Assembly (NCBI GenBank): GCA_945903795.1 | Contig: CAMDPE010000001.1 | Span: forward strand, 1-44,071 | Direction: 5' to 3' | DNA length: 44,071 nt | From: Lutibacter flavus | GTDB taxonomy: Bacteria > Bacteroidota > Bacteroidia > Flavobacteriales > Flavobacteriaceae | Shown here: piece by piece, positions 29,301 through 38,982 of the stretch | Layout of the letters: each line of letters opens with the position of its first letter | Position numbering within the stretch: the first letter of the stretch is position 1 | The notes under the pieces: generated by a model | Seen by the model: the letters and a program-made list of their open reading frames with translations, nothing else | Told to the model about the DNA's origin: nothing | Database searches by the model: none | Program-made: the position numbers and the translations under genes

Positions 29301-31590
29301 TGATGGCAGCGGCAATGTGAAAGGAGTAATTGTTCCCATAAACATCAGTGGTTTAAGCTGGGCTAATTTAGCAGGTTATTATCAAATGAATCGAGCAAGT
29401 GATATCAGCAATGGTCATTTAGTGGATAAATCTGGCAATTCCAAAAATGGTAAATTGAAAGGTATTTATGTTCAAGAACCGGATTCAGCCCCAATCCCTT
29501 ATACTTCTGGAGCTAATGGCTGTTGGGAAACTGATAGCACTTGGACCAATTCTTCTGTTTGGGATTCGCCAAATAGTTTTGGAATAAATGGAACAACAAA
29601 AATTGATTGGAATATTGTTCAAACTTCCCATAACATTACCTCAAGCGATAAAAATATTATAGTTTTAGGGTTAATTTCAACAGCGGGAACATTAACAATT
29701 GCAAAACCTTCAGAAGCCCTAAATGAAAATAATAGCGGCCAAAGTTTAAGAGTTACCCATTATTTGGAATTGGACGGTGCCATTGATTTGGTTGGTGAAT
29801 CTCAATTATTACAAGATGAAGGATCAATTTTAGACCAAGACAGCGGCGGTTATATTGAACGTGACCAACAAGGAACTGCAAATAGTTATAATTACAATTA
29901 CTGGTCGTCATCTGTTGGAACAATAAGTGGCAATATAGCATTAAGAGGAACCGGAGTTGCAAGCACAAATACAAGCCATACATTATTAAATATTTTAAAA
30001 GATGGCACAACCGCAACAAATCCGGGAGCAATTAGTTTTAACACGCCTTATACTTGGGCGGACAACACCTATACGGGCTCCAAAAGAATTAGTGCTTATT
30101 GGCTATATACTTTTAATGGTGCAGATAATAGTTACGGGGCTTGGAAATCCATCAACCAAAACACAGCGGTAAAAGCAGGTGAAGGCTACACGATGAAAGG
30201 AACTTCTGGAAGTGTTTCAATTACAAACAAACAAAATTATGTGTTTAAAGGAAAACCAAATAATGGTGATATTAAATTGCCAATTTTAGTGGGTAACGAT
30301 AGATTAATTGGGAATCCATATGCCTCAGCAATAGATGCCGATGAATTTATTAAAGACAATATCAAAGAAACCATCAACAGTAAAGTAGGAAGAAACGTGA
30401 ATAATGTTTTTAATGGCGCCTTGTATTTTTGGGATCATTTTGGTGAAAAGAACACCCATATTTTGAAGGAGTACGTAGGCGGTTATGCTACTTTCAACTT
30501 AATTGGCGGAGCTGAAGCCATTTCAAATGATATTCGTATAAATAACAACAATGCAGTTGGCACAAAAATTCCGCAGCAATATATTCCTGTTAACCAAGGC
30601 TTTTTTGTAATTGCTGCCTTAGATGCTTCTTTAACCAACACAACAACCACAATTGACGGAGGCGATATTGTATTTAAAAATAGCCAGCGAATATTTAAAA
30701 CCGAAGCATTAGGGGAATCCGTTTTTATGAAAACTGCGAATTCCAAATCCAATCTTTCAACAGGGGAGAAAAAAGATAAAGACAATGCCGAAAACAATTC
30801 AAACTCGAACCAAAAATCAAGAATCTGGCTACGATTTAATTCACCAACAGGTTACCACCGCCAGTTATTGGTAGGTGTAGATAATAATGCTTCCAATCAT
30901 TTTGATTTGGGCTATGATGCGCCAATTGCCGACATTGGCAAAGAAGATATGTTCTGGACTTTTGACGGAAGCAAATTTGTGATTCAAGGCGTTGACAATT
31001 TTGATAAAAAACAGGAACTCCCTTTGGGATTGAAAATTTTTAAAGCCGGTTTGACAAGCATCAAAATTGATAAAACTGAAAATTTAGATAAGAAAGTTGT
31101 CATATATATCAAAGATAAATTAACGGGAATTTCTTACGAAATTAGCAAAAGTCCTTTTGAAATTACTTTAGAACCCGGCGAATATCTTGATCGCTTTTCT
31201 GTAACTTTTCAGCCCAGCAAAAAGAAAGGCGATGATGATGATGATGACGATGATGATGATGACGACGATGATGATGATGACGACGATGATGATGATGATG
31301 ATGATGATGATGATCAGCATAAAGCAAATAATGACGATTCAATGTTTGCTGCCGGAGAGTTTCTAGTATATATGAACAACATAAGTTCCGAAATTCAGAT
31401 TACCAAACCTGTTAATTCAGAAATAGTAACAGTTAATTTATACAATTATTTGAGTCAAAACATTAAAAGCTGGAACACAAATCTTAATGAAAACACCATT
31501 TATTTGCCAATAAAAGTTTCTGCAGGCGCATACATTGTTCAAATAAACACTAAAAGCGGCACAACTGTTCAAAAAGTAATTGTGGAGTAA
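26383..31590 (+). CDS. Large T9SS cargo protein 2: unique N-terminal domain, DUF11-like Ig domain, LamG, poly-Asp linker, T9SS CTD
   Basis: Signal peptide, ALPGQSINYSLNITNEG, FDGIDDHI/WYHIAVTFDG, shared ERDQQGTANSYNYNYWSS block, YNYLSQ..AGAYIVQI tail. Confidence 0.9.
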   Translation: METPNLKITNCKLSYLLMVILFLSAYAETIAQTVTSPQVPFLQRTSAASPAQTTYNIKGDFTMLGNTNLTLVNYGLSTNNESNQMKYVDTDGDTNTWNSSMATLELSNSGENSASQNCSSIIFAGLYWTGKSDDNDTFTVTKSVEDTNAPIQQVIENYEVNHQGAIAHSDYSMTVTRLGSSNNYYPKYTFTSTVSGQPIIVFEVSNSFQVKYSINGGSWIIPGNQNIYDNTPNTDSKEITFDSVTIYTGSGIVLTVNKLRRDEDDDESSNNTEDHSFAYGTITYDGYPLISVDKNFDKKKISIKGPGAPGYTTITAKPNGTNSEIRFPGSSNSGIFVGYQEITDYVKTYGSGAYTIADIALTEGTNSNPGLSGGWVMVVIYENPLMKSRAVTLFDGYAYVNGQLSGGGEYGNIDISGFTTVGLGPVNMKLGVMAAEGDVGATSGSDYLAVQKLNANPAVYNTTNYLTLNHARNSTTNFFNSSIYPVPAIGTSNPILQNNTGVDFSMFTIPNANNSVIGNNQTSTTFRFGSTYEVFTIFGFAMSVDAYIPDPKGLISVNSINNVTNPAILNALPGQSINYSLNITNEGTEATNNTIITIPIPATTIFHTGTIVYHTYNGFTTTNIPSFDSGTNKIIWNLGTLPITAGHPEYIYADISFTLDVTTDCAIILNVGCSPEVSLETGAITGTGATSGSSFTKYFFQGYDGTSCHLPIDGSIKVAIDASSCFSSMAGPDQITSCGGEFVTLTAATGTAGVWEIVSGPAGGGEIFSNNTSPSSTFYSPNLGVYTLRWTTNCATTDDVVITFTLCNVVNFDGIDDHINFKNNFNLNSGNFSIEAWVKSNAANGNTQSILSKHLSPSSSDGYDLRLVNNFISFNWNNNSITADHAIDTNRWYHIAVTFDGANYKLYIDGILEKNNSGANPTINSVDCIMGAMSQNTNSPYNYYNGWADELRMWNVSLTVEQIRQMMNQEITNDGSGNVKGVIVPINISGLSWANLAGYYQMNRASDISNGHLVDKSGNSKNGKLKGIYVQEPDSAPIPYTSGANGCWETDSTWTNSSVWDSPNSFGINGTTKIDWNIVQTSHNITSSDKNIIVLGLISTAGTLTIAKPSEALNENNSGQSLRVTHYLELDGAIDLVGESQLLQDEGSILDQDSGGYIERDQQGTANSYNYNYWSSSVGTISGNIALRGTGVASTNTSHTLLNILKDGTTATNPGAISFNTPYTWADNTYTGSKRISAYWLYTFNGADNSYGAWKSINQNTAVKAGEGYTMKGTSGSVSITNKQNYVFKGKPNNGDIKLPILVGNDRLIGNPYASAIDADEFIKDNIKETINSKVGRNVNNVFNGALYFWDHFGEKNTHILKEYVGGYATFNLIGGAEAISNDIRINNNNAVGTKIPQQYIPVNQGFFVIAALDASLTNTTTTIDGGDIVFKNSQRIFKTEALGESVFMKTANSKSNLSTGEKKDKDNAENNSNSNQKSRIWLRFNSPTGYHRQLLVGVDNNASNHFDLGYDAPIADIGKEDMFWTFDGSKFVIQGVDNFDKKQELPLGLKIFKAGLTSIKIDKTENLDKKVVIYIKDKLTGISYEISKSPFEITLEPGEYLDRFSVTFQPSKKKGDDDDDDDDDDDDDDDDDDDDDDDDDDDDQHKANNDDSMFAAGEFLVYMNNISSEIQITKPVNSEIVTVNLYNYLSQNIKSWNTNLNENTIYLPIKVSAGAYIVQINTKSGTTVQKVIVE
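31231..31314 (+). repeat. (GAY)28 trinucleotide repeat encoding 28 Asp
   Basis: Counted directly: 84 nt of GAT/GAC codons in frame. Confidence 0.97.
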
Positions 31591-31786
31591 AAAACGAGGA
31601 TAAGTAGCGCTTTATTTGTTCTGATTTTAAGATTGAAAGGCAGGGTAAAAAATTAAAATTTTCATCCGTAGCTAATCGATGGGTGTAATTGAATTAGTGC
31701 AAAGCTTAATTTCACTCACTTTATGGAATTAAAATAAACCACCAATTAAAATTTATGTTTACCTTAACATCATTAGGGTCAATAAA

Positions 31787-31818
31787 TTAGGAATGAGATC
31801 TTTTATTCATTACCTTGC
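31787..31818 (+). promoter_or_regulatory. Promoter candidate for cargo gene 3
   Basis: TTAGGA-N18-TACCTTGC, paralogous to 26127-26158. Confidence 0.6.
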
Positions 31819-31838
31819 AATAATCAAAACCCCGTGAT

Positions 31839-31907
31839 ATGAAAACACAGCTACACTTAGTTTTGCGGTATGCATTGTTTCAGCCGTATTTTCGAAAACG
31901 TTTATAA
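31839..31907 (+). CDS. Upstream micro-ORF, 22 aa (MKTQLHLVLRYALFQPYFRKRL)
   Basis: CAAAACCCCGTGAT-ATGAAAACACAGCTACACTTA, paralogous to 26180. Confidence 0.45.
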   Translation: MKTQLHLVLRYALFQPYFRKRL

Positions 31908-32070
31908 TTTTATATTTAAAAAACGTTGCGACCAATCAATTCTTTTGAAATTCACTCAATTCCATTAAGATTAAATTTAATTTATTAAGGTTGCTCATAA
32001 TTAGGCACAAGCCGAAATAGGCAACAAATTTTTTACACAATTTTTCATATAACATCAAAACCCCTGTGTT

Positions 32071-35000
32071 ATGAAAAAACTAATGACCATTCTAATTATA
32101 AATTGTTGTTTATCAACAACATTTCTATTTTCTCAAACAGTGATTAATTCAGAGAGTTTTGAAACAGGCTGGGGAATTTGGAACGATGGCGGCGACGATT
32201 GTACTAGAGATCCGAATAGCAGGTTAACTGGTGCTTACTCAATCAATTTACAAGATAATTCTGTTGTGGCTTCAGCAATGACTTCAAACAGTATTGATTT
32301 AACACCATATGGATCTATAGATATTTCCTTCGATTTTATGGCAGTAGGTATGGAAACAGGTGAAGATTTTTGGTTGCGATATTCCAGTGATGGCGGAACA
32401 AATTGGATAACAATTGCCACATATGTTCGTGGTACAGATTTTAGTAACGACACAAAATATGCAAGAATTGTTAATTTAAATATAACTGATTTTACATTTT
32501 CCGTAAATTCAAAATTTAGGATACAATGTGATGCAAGTGAAAATGATGACGATGTTTATATTGACAGTGTGGTAATTGTTGGACGCGTTCCCGGTCCTGA
32601 AATTGATATTTTAGGCAACGGAAATTCAATTATAAATGGAGATATTACACCAAATAATTATGACAATACCGATTTTGGAAGTATCGGGTTAGGTGCTTCT
32701 TTGGTTAGAACTTTTACCATACAAAATACAGGCACCGCAAATTTAACGGTTTCAGGCATTGTTTTATCTAACACAACCGACTTTTCAATTACAGGAGTGC
32801 CTTTCACTTCACCAATTGCCTCAGCCGGAAGCACCACATTTACTGTAACATTCAATTCGGCAACAATTGGCACAAAAACATCGACCCTAACAATTTCCAA
32901 TAATGATACCGATGAAGCAACCTATCAATTTACCATCGAAGCCAATACGCAACAAAACTTTTTTGACAGTGATGGTGATGGTATTTTTGACAATATTGAT
33001 ATAGATGACGATAATGATGGTATTAAAGATACTGATGAAGAAACTGATTGCAGAAATTCGTTGTTGGCTACTACCGTTGATTATAAATTTTTAAATGAAA
33101 CATACGGCACAGGATTAAGGACTACTATAAACACCACCTATGATGCAACAACAACCTATTGTTATGAAGACGGAAACACATCAAATCAAAATAATTGCAC
33201 AGACAATAGTGATTACAGTTTAAATGATGGCGAATATACTGTTGGTGTTTCTGCGCAAATTGCAACCTGGGCAAGTCAGTATTGGTATATGGGAGTTGAT
33301 CATACTGGAGATGCCAACGGCAGAATGGCGATGTTTAACGCCTCTTATGAGCCGGGTATTTTTTATACTGCAACCATTATGGGCGCACTTCCAAACATTC
33401 CAATTACGTATAGTTTTTGGGTATTAAACTTGGACAGAACGGATGCACCGGATATTGCAAACCGATTAAGGCCAAACATTTTAGTCGAGTTTAGAGATAT
33501 AGGCAATAACGTGCTGGCGTCTATCACAACTGGAGATATATCTCCAACCACTAACGGAAATTTGGCTGGGGATTGGTATAATTTTACCGCCGATTTAACT
33601 TTTAGCGTAGATGAATTTTACGTGTATTTTATCAATAATGAAACAGGAGGATTGGGAAATGACCTTGCCATTGATGATATTGAAATTACACAAACCTTAT
33701 GTGATACAGATAACGATGGCGTTGCCGATGTTTTTGATTTGGATAGTGATAACGACGGAATTCCGGATGTGGTGGAAGCCGGATTGGGACAATTAAGCAG
33801 CGGAATTGCCAAAATTCCTCACACGGTTGGTTGGATAGATGCCAATGGAAATGGCATGCATGATGCCGCCGAAAGCAATAGTGCTTTAGATACCGATGGT
33901 GATAGCGTGCCCAATTATTTGGATTTAGATAGTGATAATGATGCCATTTTTGATGTAGATGAATCTGGTGCAGGAAATTCAGGAGATGTGAATTACCAAA
34001 ATGGAGATGGTGACATTAACGGCGATGGTGTAGGCGATGGCCTAGATTCTGATGCTGTTAGAGAAAAAGATTTTAATTCTGATGGAACTTCAGAGTACTT
34101 TACAGATGGTATTTTAGATATTTATGACTATTATAACGGAGGTGTTTTTAACACGGCTTACGGCAACATAAACCAAGGTTTGGGAAATACCTATTTTATA
34201 AAAGATACAGATAATGATGGAATTCCGGATTATATGGACACAATTTCCAATGGTGTCACTTTTGACATTTTCAATACATTATATGCAAGTTTAGACGCAA
34301 ACAATGATGGCATTATAGATGGAAATACAGACATTGACCATGATGGAATTATAGACAATTTTGATACAAATACTGCCGCTTTTGGCTCACCAAGAGATTT
34401 AGATCGAAAATTGCATTTGTATTTTGACGGAAGAAATGATTATGGGGATGATACTTCCGCAGTTTTAAGTGGCTTAAACGAAGCCACCTTAATGGGCTGG
34501 GTTAAAATAGATGCTTCTGCAACAGATGATGAGTTTCTATTTGGGCAAAATAATTTTTATTTGCAATTGAATGCCAATAAAACGGTGAAAGTAACCGGCA
34601 GCGGAAATACCGTTTCCTCATCAATAGCATTGGCCACAAACCAATGGATACATTTGGCCGCTACTTACAGCAGCTCAAACAGCAAATTAAAACTTTACTT
34701 GAACGGGCAAATAATTGACAGCACAAATGTTTCTGGTGCGTTAGCTGTGGATGCATCCTCTTTTTCCATAGGAAGAAAACCCGATACAAACAGCAACTAT
34801 TATCAAGGATTCTTTGATGAAATCAGAGTATTTGAAAAGGCATTGACAGCCAATGAACTTCATAAAATGGTATATCAGGAAATTCAGGATAATTCAGGAA
34901 ATGTTAGCGGCGCAGTAATTCCCAGGGACATCACAAATTATATAAATACCACAACCACGCCCATAGTTTTACCTTGGAGCAATTTAAAAAGGTATTACAG

Positions 35001-37104
35001 AATGGATGTTTATAAAGATGATATTATTGATGATTTAACCACCGAAACCATTGATGTTGGCTCAGGAACACAAATTTACAATATGAAAATTATTGAAGTG
35101 CAAAACGCACCATTGCCATTTGTGACCCAATTATCCGGAAGCCTTCCTGTATCAGTTGATATTCTTGCAAATGGAGTAAAAGGAACTGATGCAATTACAT
35201 ATGATTGGTCTATTGTTGATGTTAAACATGATATTATTTATAACGCAAATCAAAAGCATTTGGGTTTAATTGTTGAAAACCCCAATAAATTTAGCATTGA
35301 AAACAATACGGAATTAAATGTAACCTGGTATTTGCGTTTGGATGGTTTTATTGACTTGGAAGGAGAATCTCAACTGGTTCAAGGAGATGACAGTATTTTA
35401 GACGAAAATAGCGGTGGTTATATTGAACGCGACCAACAAGGAACCGCAAACAGTTTTAATTACAATTACTGGGCCTCATCTGTTGGTCCAATAGGAACTG
35501 GCGTTGGCAGCAACAATGCAAATTACGCCATTTCAGGTATTTTGAAAGATGGCACAAACGCAACTTCTCCGGGAGTAATTAATTTTAAGCCTGATTATTA
35601 TGCAGCAGATGCCGGTGTCACTTCCCCAATTATCATCAGTTCTTATTGGTTATATAAGTTTAATGGACCAAATAATGATTACAATGCTTGGTTTCCACGA
35701 ATTAATGAGTTCAGTACTATAAAAGCAGGTGAAGGTTATACGATGAAAGGAACTTCGGGCGCTGTAAATATTGCAAACCAACAAAACTATGTATTTAAAG
35801 GAAAACCCAACAATGGTGACATTACCCTGGCAATTGCAAAGGGAAACGACCGTTTAATTGGAAATCCGTACGCTTCAGCAATGGATGCCGACGAATTTAT
35901 AAAAGACAATATCAAAGAAACCATCAACAGCAAGATAGGAAGAAATGCCAACAATATTTTTAATGGCGCTTTGTATTTTTGGGATCACTTTGGAGAAATA
36001 AACACCCATATTTTAAGAGAATATGTGGGTGGATACGCAACTTACAACTTAATTGGCGGTGCTAAAGCAATTTCAAATGATTATAGAATTAATGCAAACT
36101 TTGCTGAGGGAAATAAAATACCGACCAAATACATTCCTGTTGGTCAAGGGTTTTTTGTGGTCACAAGCTTGGATCCTTTAACAGGAACTACAACTTCAAT
36201 AGACGGTGGCGATATTGTTTTTAAAAACAGCCAACGAATATTTATAACCGAAGCTTTCGGAAATTCTGTCTTTATGAAAGGCGTAAATGCCAAATCTAAA
36301 AGCAAACATGGTGATAAGGAAACTGCAATAAAGAAAAACAAGGTTGACAACAGGCCAAAAATTTGGTTGCAATTCAATTCTCCAACAGGTTATCAACGTC
36401 AGTTATTGGTGGGTGTGGATGATAATGCTTCCACTCATTTTGATTTGGGCTACGACGCACCAATTGCCGACCTTAGTAAAGAAGATATGTATTGGACTTT
36501 TGATAGTGGTAAATTTGTGATTCAAGGCGTTAATAATTTCGATAATAAACAAGTATTGCCATTAGGTATTGTAATTTCTAAAGCCGGTTTAGTAAGCATC
36601 AAAATCGATAAAACAGAAAATTTAGCTAAAAATATTCAGGTTTATCTAAAAGATAAGCTAACAGGAATATCAAAAGAAATAGATAAAAGCACTTTTGAGA
36701 TTATTTTAGAAGCAGGAGAATATCTTGACCGATTTTATATTTCTTTTCAGCGAGCTAAATTAAAGCAAGATCAAGATTATGATGCTGATGACCCCAATAT
36801 TGTAAACAGTATAAAAATTGATGAAAATGTCTATAACAATCAAATTATTTCTCAAACGGATATAAAAGAAGCTATTTTGATTTATATGAACAACGCAATC
36901 TCCGAATTGCAAATTACCAAACCTGTTGAAGCCGAAATAGTGACCGTTAATTTATATAATTATTTAGGACAAAACATTAAAACCTGGAACACAAATTTAA
37001 ACGCACACTTTTTGTCGTTACCTGTAAATACAACTGCTGGCGCTTACATTGTGCAAATAATTACCAGTTGCGGATCGGTTGATCAAAAAGTGATTGTTGA
37101 ATAG
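32071..37104 (+). CDS. Large T9SS cargo protein 3, close paralogue of protein 1
   Basis: Same domain order as 20893-25950 (PEIDILGNG, DxDxDG repeats, KLHLYFDGRNDY LamG); CTD most like protein 2. Confidence 0.9.
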   Translation: MKKLMTILIINCCLSTTFLFSQTVINSESFETGWGIWNDGGDDCTRDPNSRLTGAYSINLQDNSVVASAMTSNSIDLTPYGSIDISFDFMAVGMETGEDFWLRYSSDGGTNWITIATYVRGTDFSNDTKYARIVNLNITDFTFSVNSKFRIQCDASENDDDVYIDSVVIVGRVPGPEIDILGNGNSIINGDITPNNYDNTDFGSIGLGASLVRTFTIQNTGTANLTVSGIVLSNTTDFSITGVPFTSPIASAGSTTFTVTFNSATIGTKTSTLTISNNDTDEATYQFTIEANTQQNFFDSDGDGIFDNIDIDDDNDGIKDTDEETDCRNSLLATTVDYKFLNETYGTGLRTTINTTYDATTTYCYEDGNTSNQNNCTDNSDYSLNDGEYTVGVSAQIATWASQYWYMGVDHTGDANGRMAMFNASYEPGIFYTATIMGALPNIPITYSFWVLNLDRTDAPDIANRLRPNILVEFRDIGNNVLASITTGDISPTTNGNLAGDWYNFTADLTFSVDEFYVYFINNETGGLGNDLAIDDIEITQTLCDTDNDGVADVFDLDSDNDGIPDVVEAGLGQLSSGIAKIPHTVGWIDANGNGMHDAAESNSALDTDGDSVPNYLDLDSDNDAIFDVDESGAGNSGDVNYQNGDGDINGDGVGDGLDSDAVREKDFNSDGTSEYFTDGILDIYDYYNGGVFNTAYGNINQGLGNTYFIKDTDNDGIPDYMDTISNGVTFDIFNTLYASLDANNDGIIDGNTDIDHDGIIDNFDTNTAAFGSPRDLDRKLHLYFDGRNDYGDDTSAVLSGLNEATLMGWVKIDASATDDEFLFGQNNFYLQLNANKTVKVTGSGNTVSSSIALATNQWIHLAATYSSSNSKLKLYLNGQIIDSTNVSGALAVDASSFSIGRKPDTNSNYYQGFFDEIRVFEKALTANELHKMVYQEIQDNSGNVSGAVIPRDITNYINTTTTPIVLPWSNLKRYYRMDVYKDDIIDDLTTETIDVGSGTQIYNMKIIEVQNAPLPFVTQLSGSLPVSVDILANGVKGTDAITYDWSIVDVKHDIIYNANQKHLGLIVENPNKFSIENNTELNVTWYLRLDGFIDLEGESQLVQGDDSILDENSGGYIERDQQGTANSFNYNYWASSVGPIGTGVGSNNANYAISGILKDGTNATSPGVINFKPDYYAADAGVTSPIIISSYWLYKFNGPNNDYNAWFPRINEFSTIKAGEGYTMKGTSGAVNIANQQNYVFKGKPNNGDITLAIAKGNDRLIGNPYASAMDADEFIKDNIKETINSKIGRNANNIFNGALYFWDHFGEINTHILREYVGGYATYNLIGGAKAISNDYRINANFAEGNKIPTKYIPVGQGFFVVTSLDPLTGTTTSIDGGDIVFKNSQRIFITEAFGNSVFMKGVNAKSKSKHGDKETAIKKNKVDNRPKIWLQFNSPTGYQRQLLVGVDDNASTHFDLGYDAPIADLSKEDMYWTFDSGKFVIQGVNNFDNKQVLPLGIVISKAGLVSIKIDKTENLAKNIQVYLKDKLTGISKEIDKSTFEIILEAGEYLDRFYISFQRAKLKQDQDYDADDPNIVNSIKIDENVYNNQIISQTDIKEAILIYMNNAISELQITKPVEAEIVTVNLYNYLGQNIKTWNTNLNAHFLSLPVNTTAGAYIVQIITSCGSVDQKVIVE

Positions 37105-37506
37105 CCCCAAATGAGAAATTATTACTGATAGCGAGAACTTACAGCTCGTAATTATATGAATAAAGACGCGAGCCAGCCATTCGTTAAATTTTACAGACAC
37201 TTTATAATGCGATATCACACGCGAAGTCGTTAAAAAATTATGCTGGAATATCCCAAAAATACAATTAAGTAAGCGGGCTGCAGATAGGTTAAAGGGAAGA
37301 TAGAGGGAAAAACACTTCATTAATAATGTTATAGTCTCAGTAATACTCGGGCCAAAATTGATCAAAAAATATTTGCAAATACCAAGGGTTTTTTCAAAAA
37401 ATAAAAAGTAGAATTTGGTGAGTATATTTTATTAATTTCATCTATAACAAATATAAATAGTCAAAAATTAAGGTTTTTTTCGACTTTTAAAACCATATAT
37501 TTATTT

Positions 37507-37559
37507 TTAAACGGATCAATAAAAACAACAAACGGTAAGTTTTTAACAACAAACGGTAA
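37507..37559 (-). promoter_or_regulatory. Three LytTR-type repeats, 21-bp period, reverse orientation
   Basis: AAACGG at 37509, 37530, 37551; AACAACAAACGGTAA exact at 37524 and 37545; minus strand reads ACCGTTTGT; TACCTTTA -7 candidate at 37600-37607. Confidence 0.72.
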
Positions 37560-37636
37560 AATATATTGATTTTTTGTATTTTTGTTGAAATTTAAGTATT
37601 ACCTTTAGGGTATAAATTAAAAACATCTTACTAACC

Positions 37637-37696
37637 ATGAAATTAAACACCAACATTACTGAATTACATTTATTCCCCTGGCGATTTAGCTTATAA
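37637..37696 (+). CDS. Possible upstream micro-ORF, 19 aa (MKLNTNITELHLFPWRFSL)
   Basis: First ATG after the promoter candidate; begins MKLN like the gene at 42672. Confidence 0.28.
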   Translation: MKLNTNITELHLFPWRFSL

Positions 37697-37788
37697 TTTA
37701 ATCGCTTTTTGTAACCATTTTTGTTAAGCTTGATTTAACATTTATTTAGGTATCATCTGTTTTTAATAACATTTTAAGTAGCAATGTT

Positions 37789-38610
37789 ATGACCAAAACA
37801 ACACTTCTTTCGTTAGTGCTTTTAGCAATTGGATCGCTTTCTTTTTCTCAACAAAGCGATATTCGCCCAAAATTTAGAATTGGTTTTGACGCACCAAAAA
37901 TTGACCACCGACAAATATTGTTAACTATAGACGATAGAGCTTCTTATGGAATTGATTGGGGTTTTGACGCTTTAATGTACCAGGTTTTTAGTGATGATAT
38001 GTATTGGGTGCTTGATAATAAAAAATATGTCATTCAGGCTGTTGACACCATTATTTTTGAAAAACAAATTACTTTAGGGGTTCAAACTTTGACAGGCGGT
38101 GCAATCACTATTAAAATTGACAAACTTGAAAATGTTGCTGAAGAAATGAACGTTTTTTTATTGGACAAAGAAACGAACACCTTGTACGATCTTAGAAAAA
38201 ACAATTATACCACCACTTTACCTGCTGGCGAATACTTAAATAAATATGCGATTGTGTTTAATACAAAAAAAGCATCACCCGATGAAAATGCTGTTTTGGT
38301 TATCGAAGATATTGAAACCGAATTTAACGACACAAGCGATAATTTAGTTTCTGAGGAATCAGAAATAGCTTATCCTGCCATTGATATGTATTTAAACTCA
38401 ATGAATTCATCCATCACCATAAAAAATCCTGAGTTAATTGCCATAAATACGGTTGTTTTATATTCTATAATGGGCCAAATAGTGCAAAGCTGGGAAACCG
38501 ACACCAATACCCAAAATTTAAACATCCCAAATATTCCAAAACCAGGCGTTTATGTACTGCACGCACACACTCAAAATGGGAAAATAACAAAAAAAATTGC
38601 CATTAATTAA
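37789..38610 (+). CDS. Minimal T9SS cargo protein 4: signal peptide, conserved pre-CTD domain, CTD
   Basis: RPKFRIGFDAPKI.HRQILL and DDMYW.L.NKKYVIQ shared with protein 5; YSIMGQ..PGVYVL..KKIAIN tail. Confidence 0.9.
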   Translation: MTKTTLLSLVLLAIGSLSFSQQSDIRPKFRIGFDAPKIDHRQILLTIDDRASYGIDWGFDALMYQVFSDDMYWVLDNKKYVIQAVDTIIFEKQITLGVQTLTGGAITIKIDKLENVAEEMNVFLLDKETNTLYDLRKNNYTTTLPAGEYLNKYAIVFNTKKASPDENAVLVIEDIETEFNDTSDNLVSEESEIAYPAIDMYLNSMNSSITIKNPELIAINTVVLYSIMGQIVQSWETDTNTQNLNIPNIPKPGVYVLHAHTQNGKITKKIAIN

Positions 38611-38878
38611 GTGTAGCTATTAAAAGTTTAAAGGTAAAAAGTCGCTTAAGTTAAAAATATATTTCTCTGGTTGTTAAATCAAATTTCCTATACTTAGGAA
38701 AGGGCTGGAGGTAGAATACACAATATATTTTTCCAACAATCAAAATTCCAAAATACTTTTTTCACGCTTTATGCGTTAGCAGGCTTATTCTCATCAATAT
38801 CATACCTAAAAAACACCCAAATATTTCAAACACAGCTGTAAATTAGTCATAAAATTGAGTGTTTTAAGCTGTAATAAC

Positions 38879-38958
38879 CCCATTTGTGCTAAATACCAAG
38901 CCATTCGTTTATTAAGTTTGGATTGTAAAGTATGCTTTTTTTAAAAAATGTATATTTG
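38879..38958 (+). promoter_or_regulatory. Two LytTR-type repeats (21-bp period) and -7 box for cargo gene 5
   Basis: CCATTTG at 38880, CCATTCG at 38901; TATATTTG at 38951-38958. Confidence 0.62.
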
Positions 38959-38982
38959 AGTCCCACAAATGGTATAATAATT

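Noticed and set aside
31700-31780. LytTR boxes or an inverted-repeat arm upstream of gene 3
   Set aside because: Only weak, off-period matches; CTTTATGGAATT versus AATTCCATTAAG is too short to call
37018-37365. 115-aa minus-strand ORF
   Set aside because: Non-ATG start, overlaps the end of gene 3, no recognisable protein features
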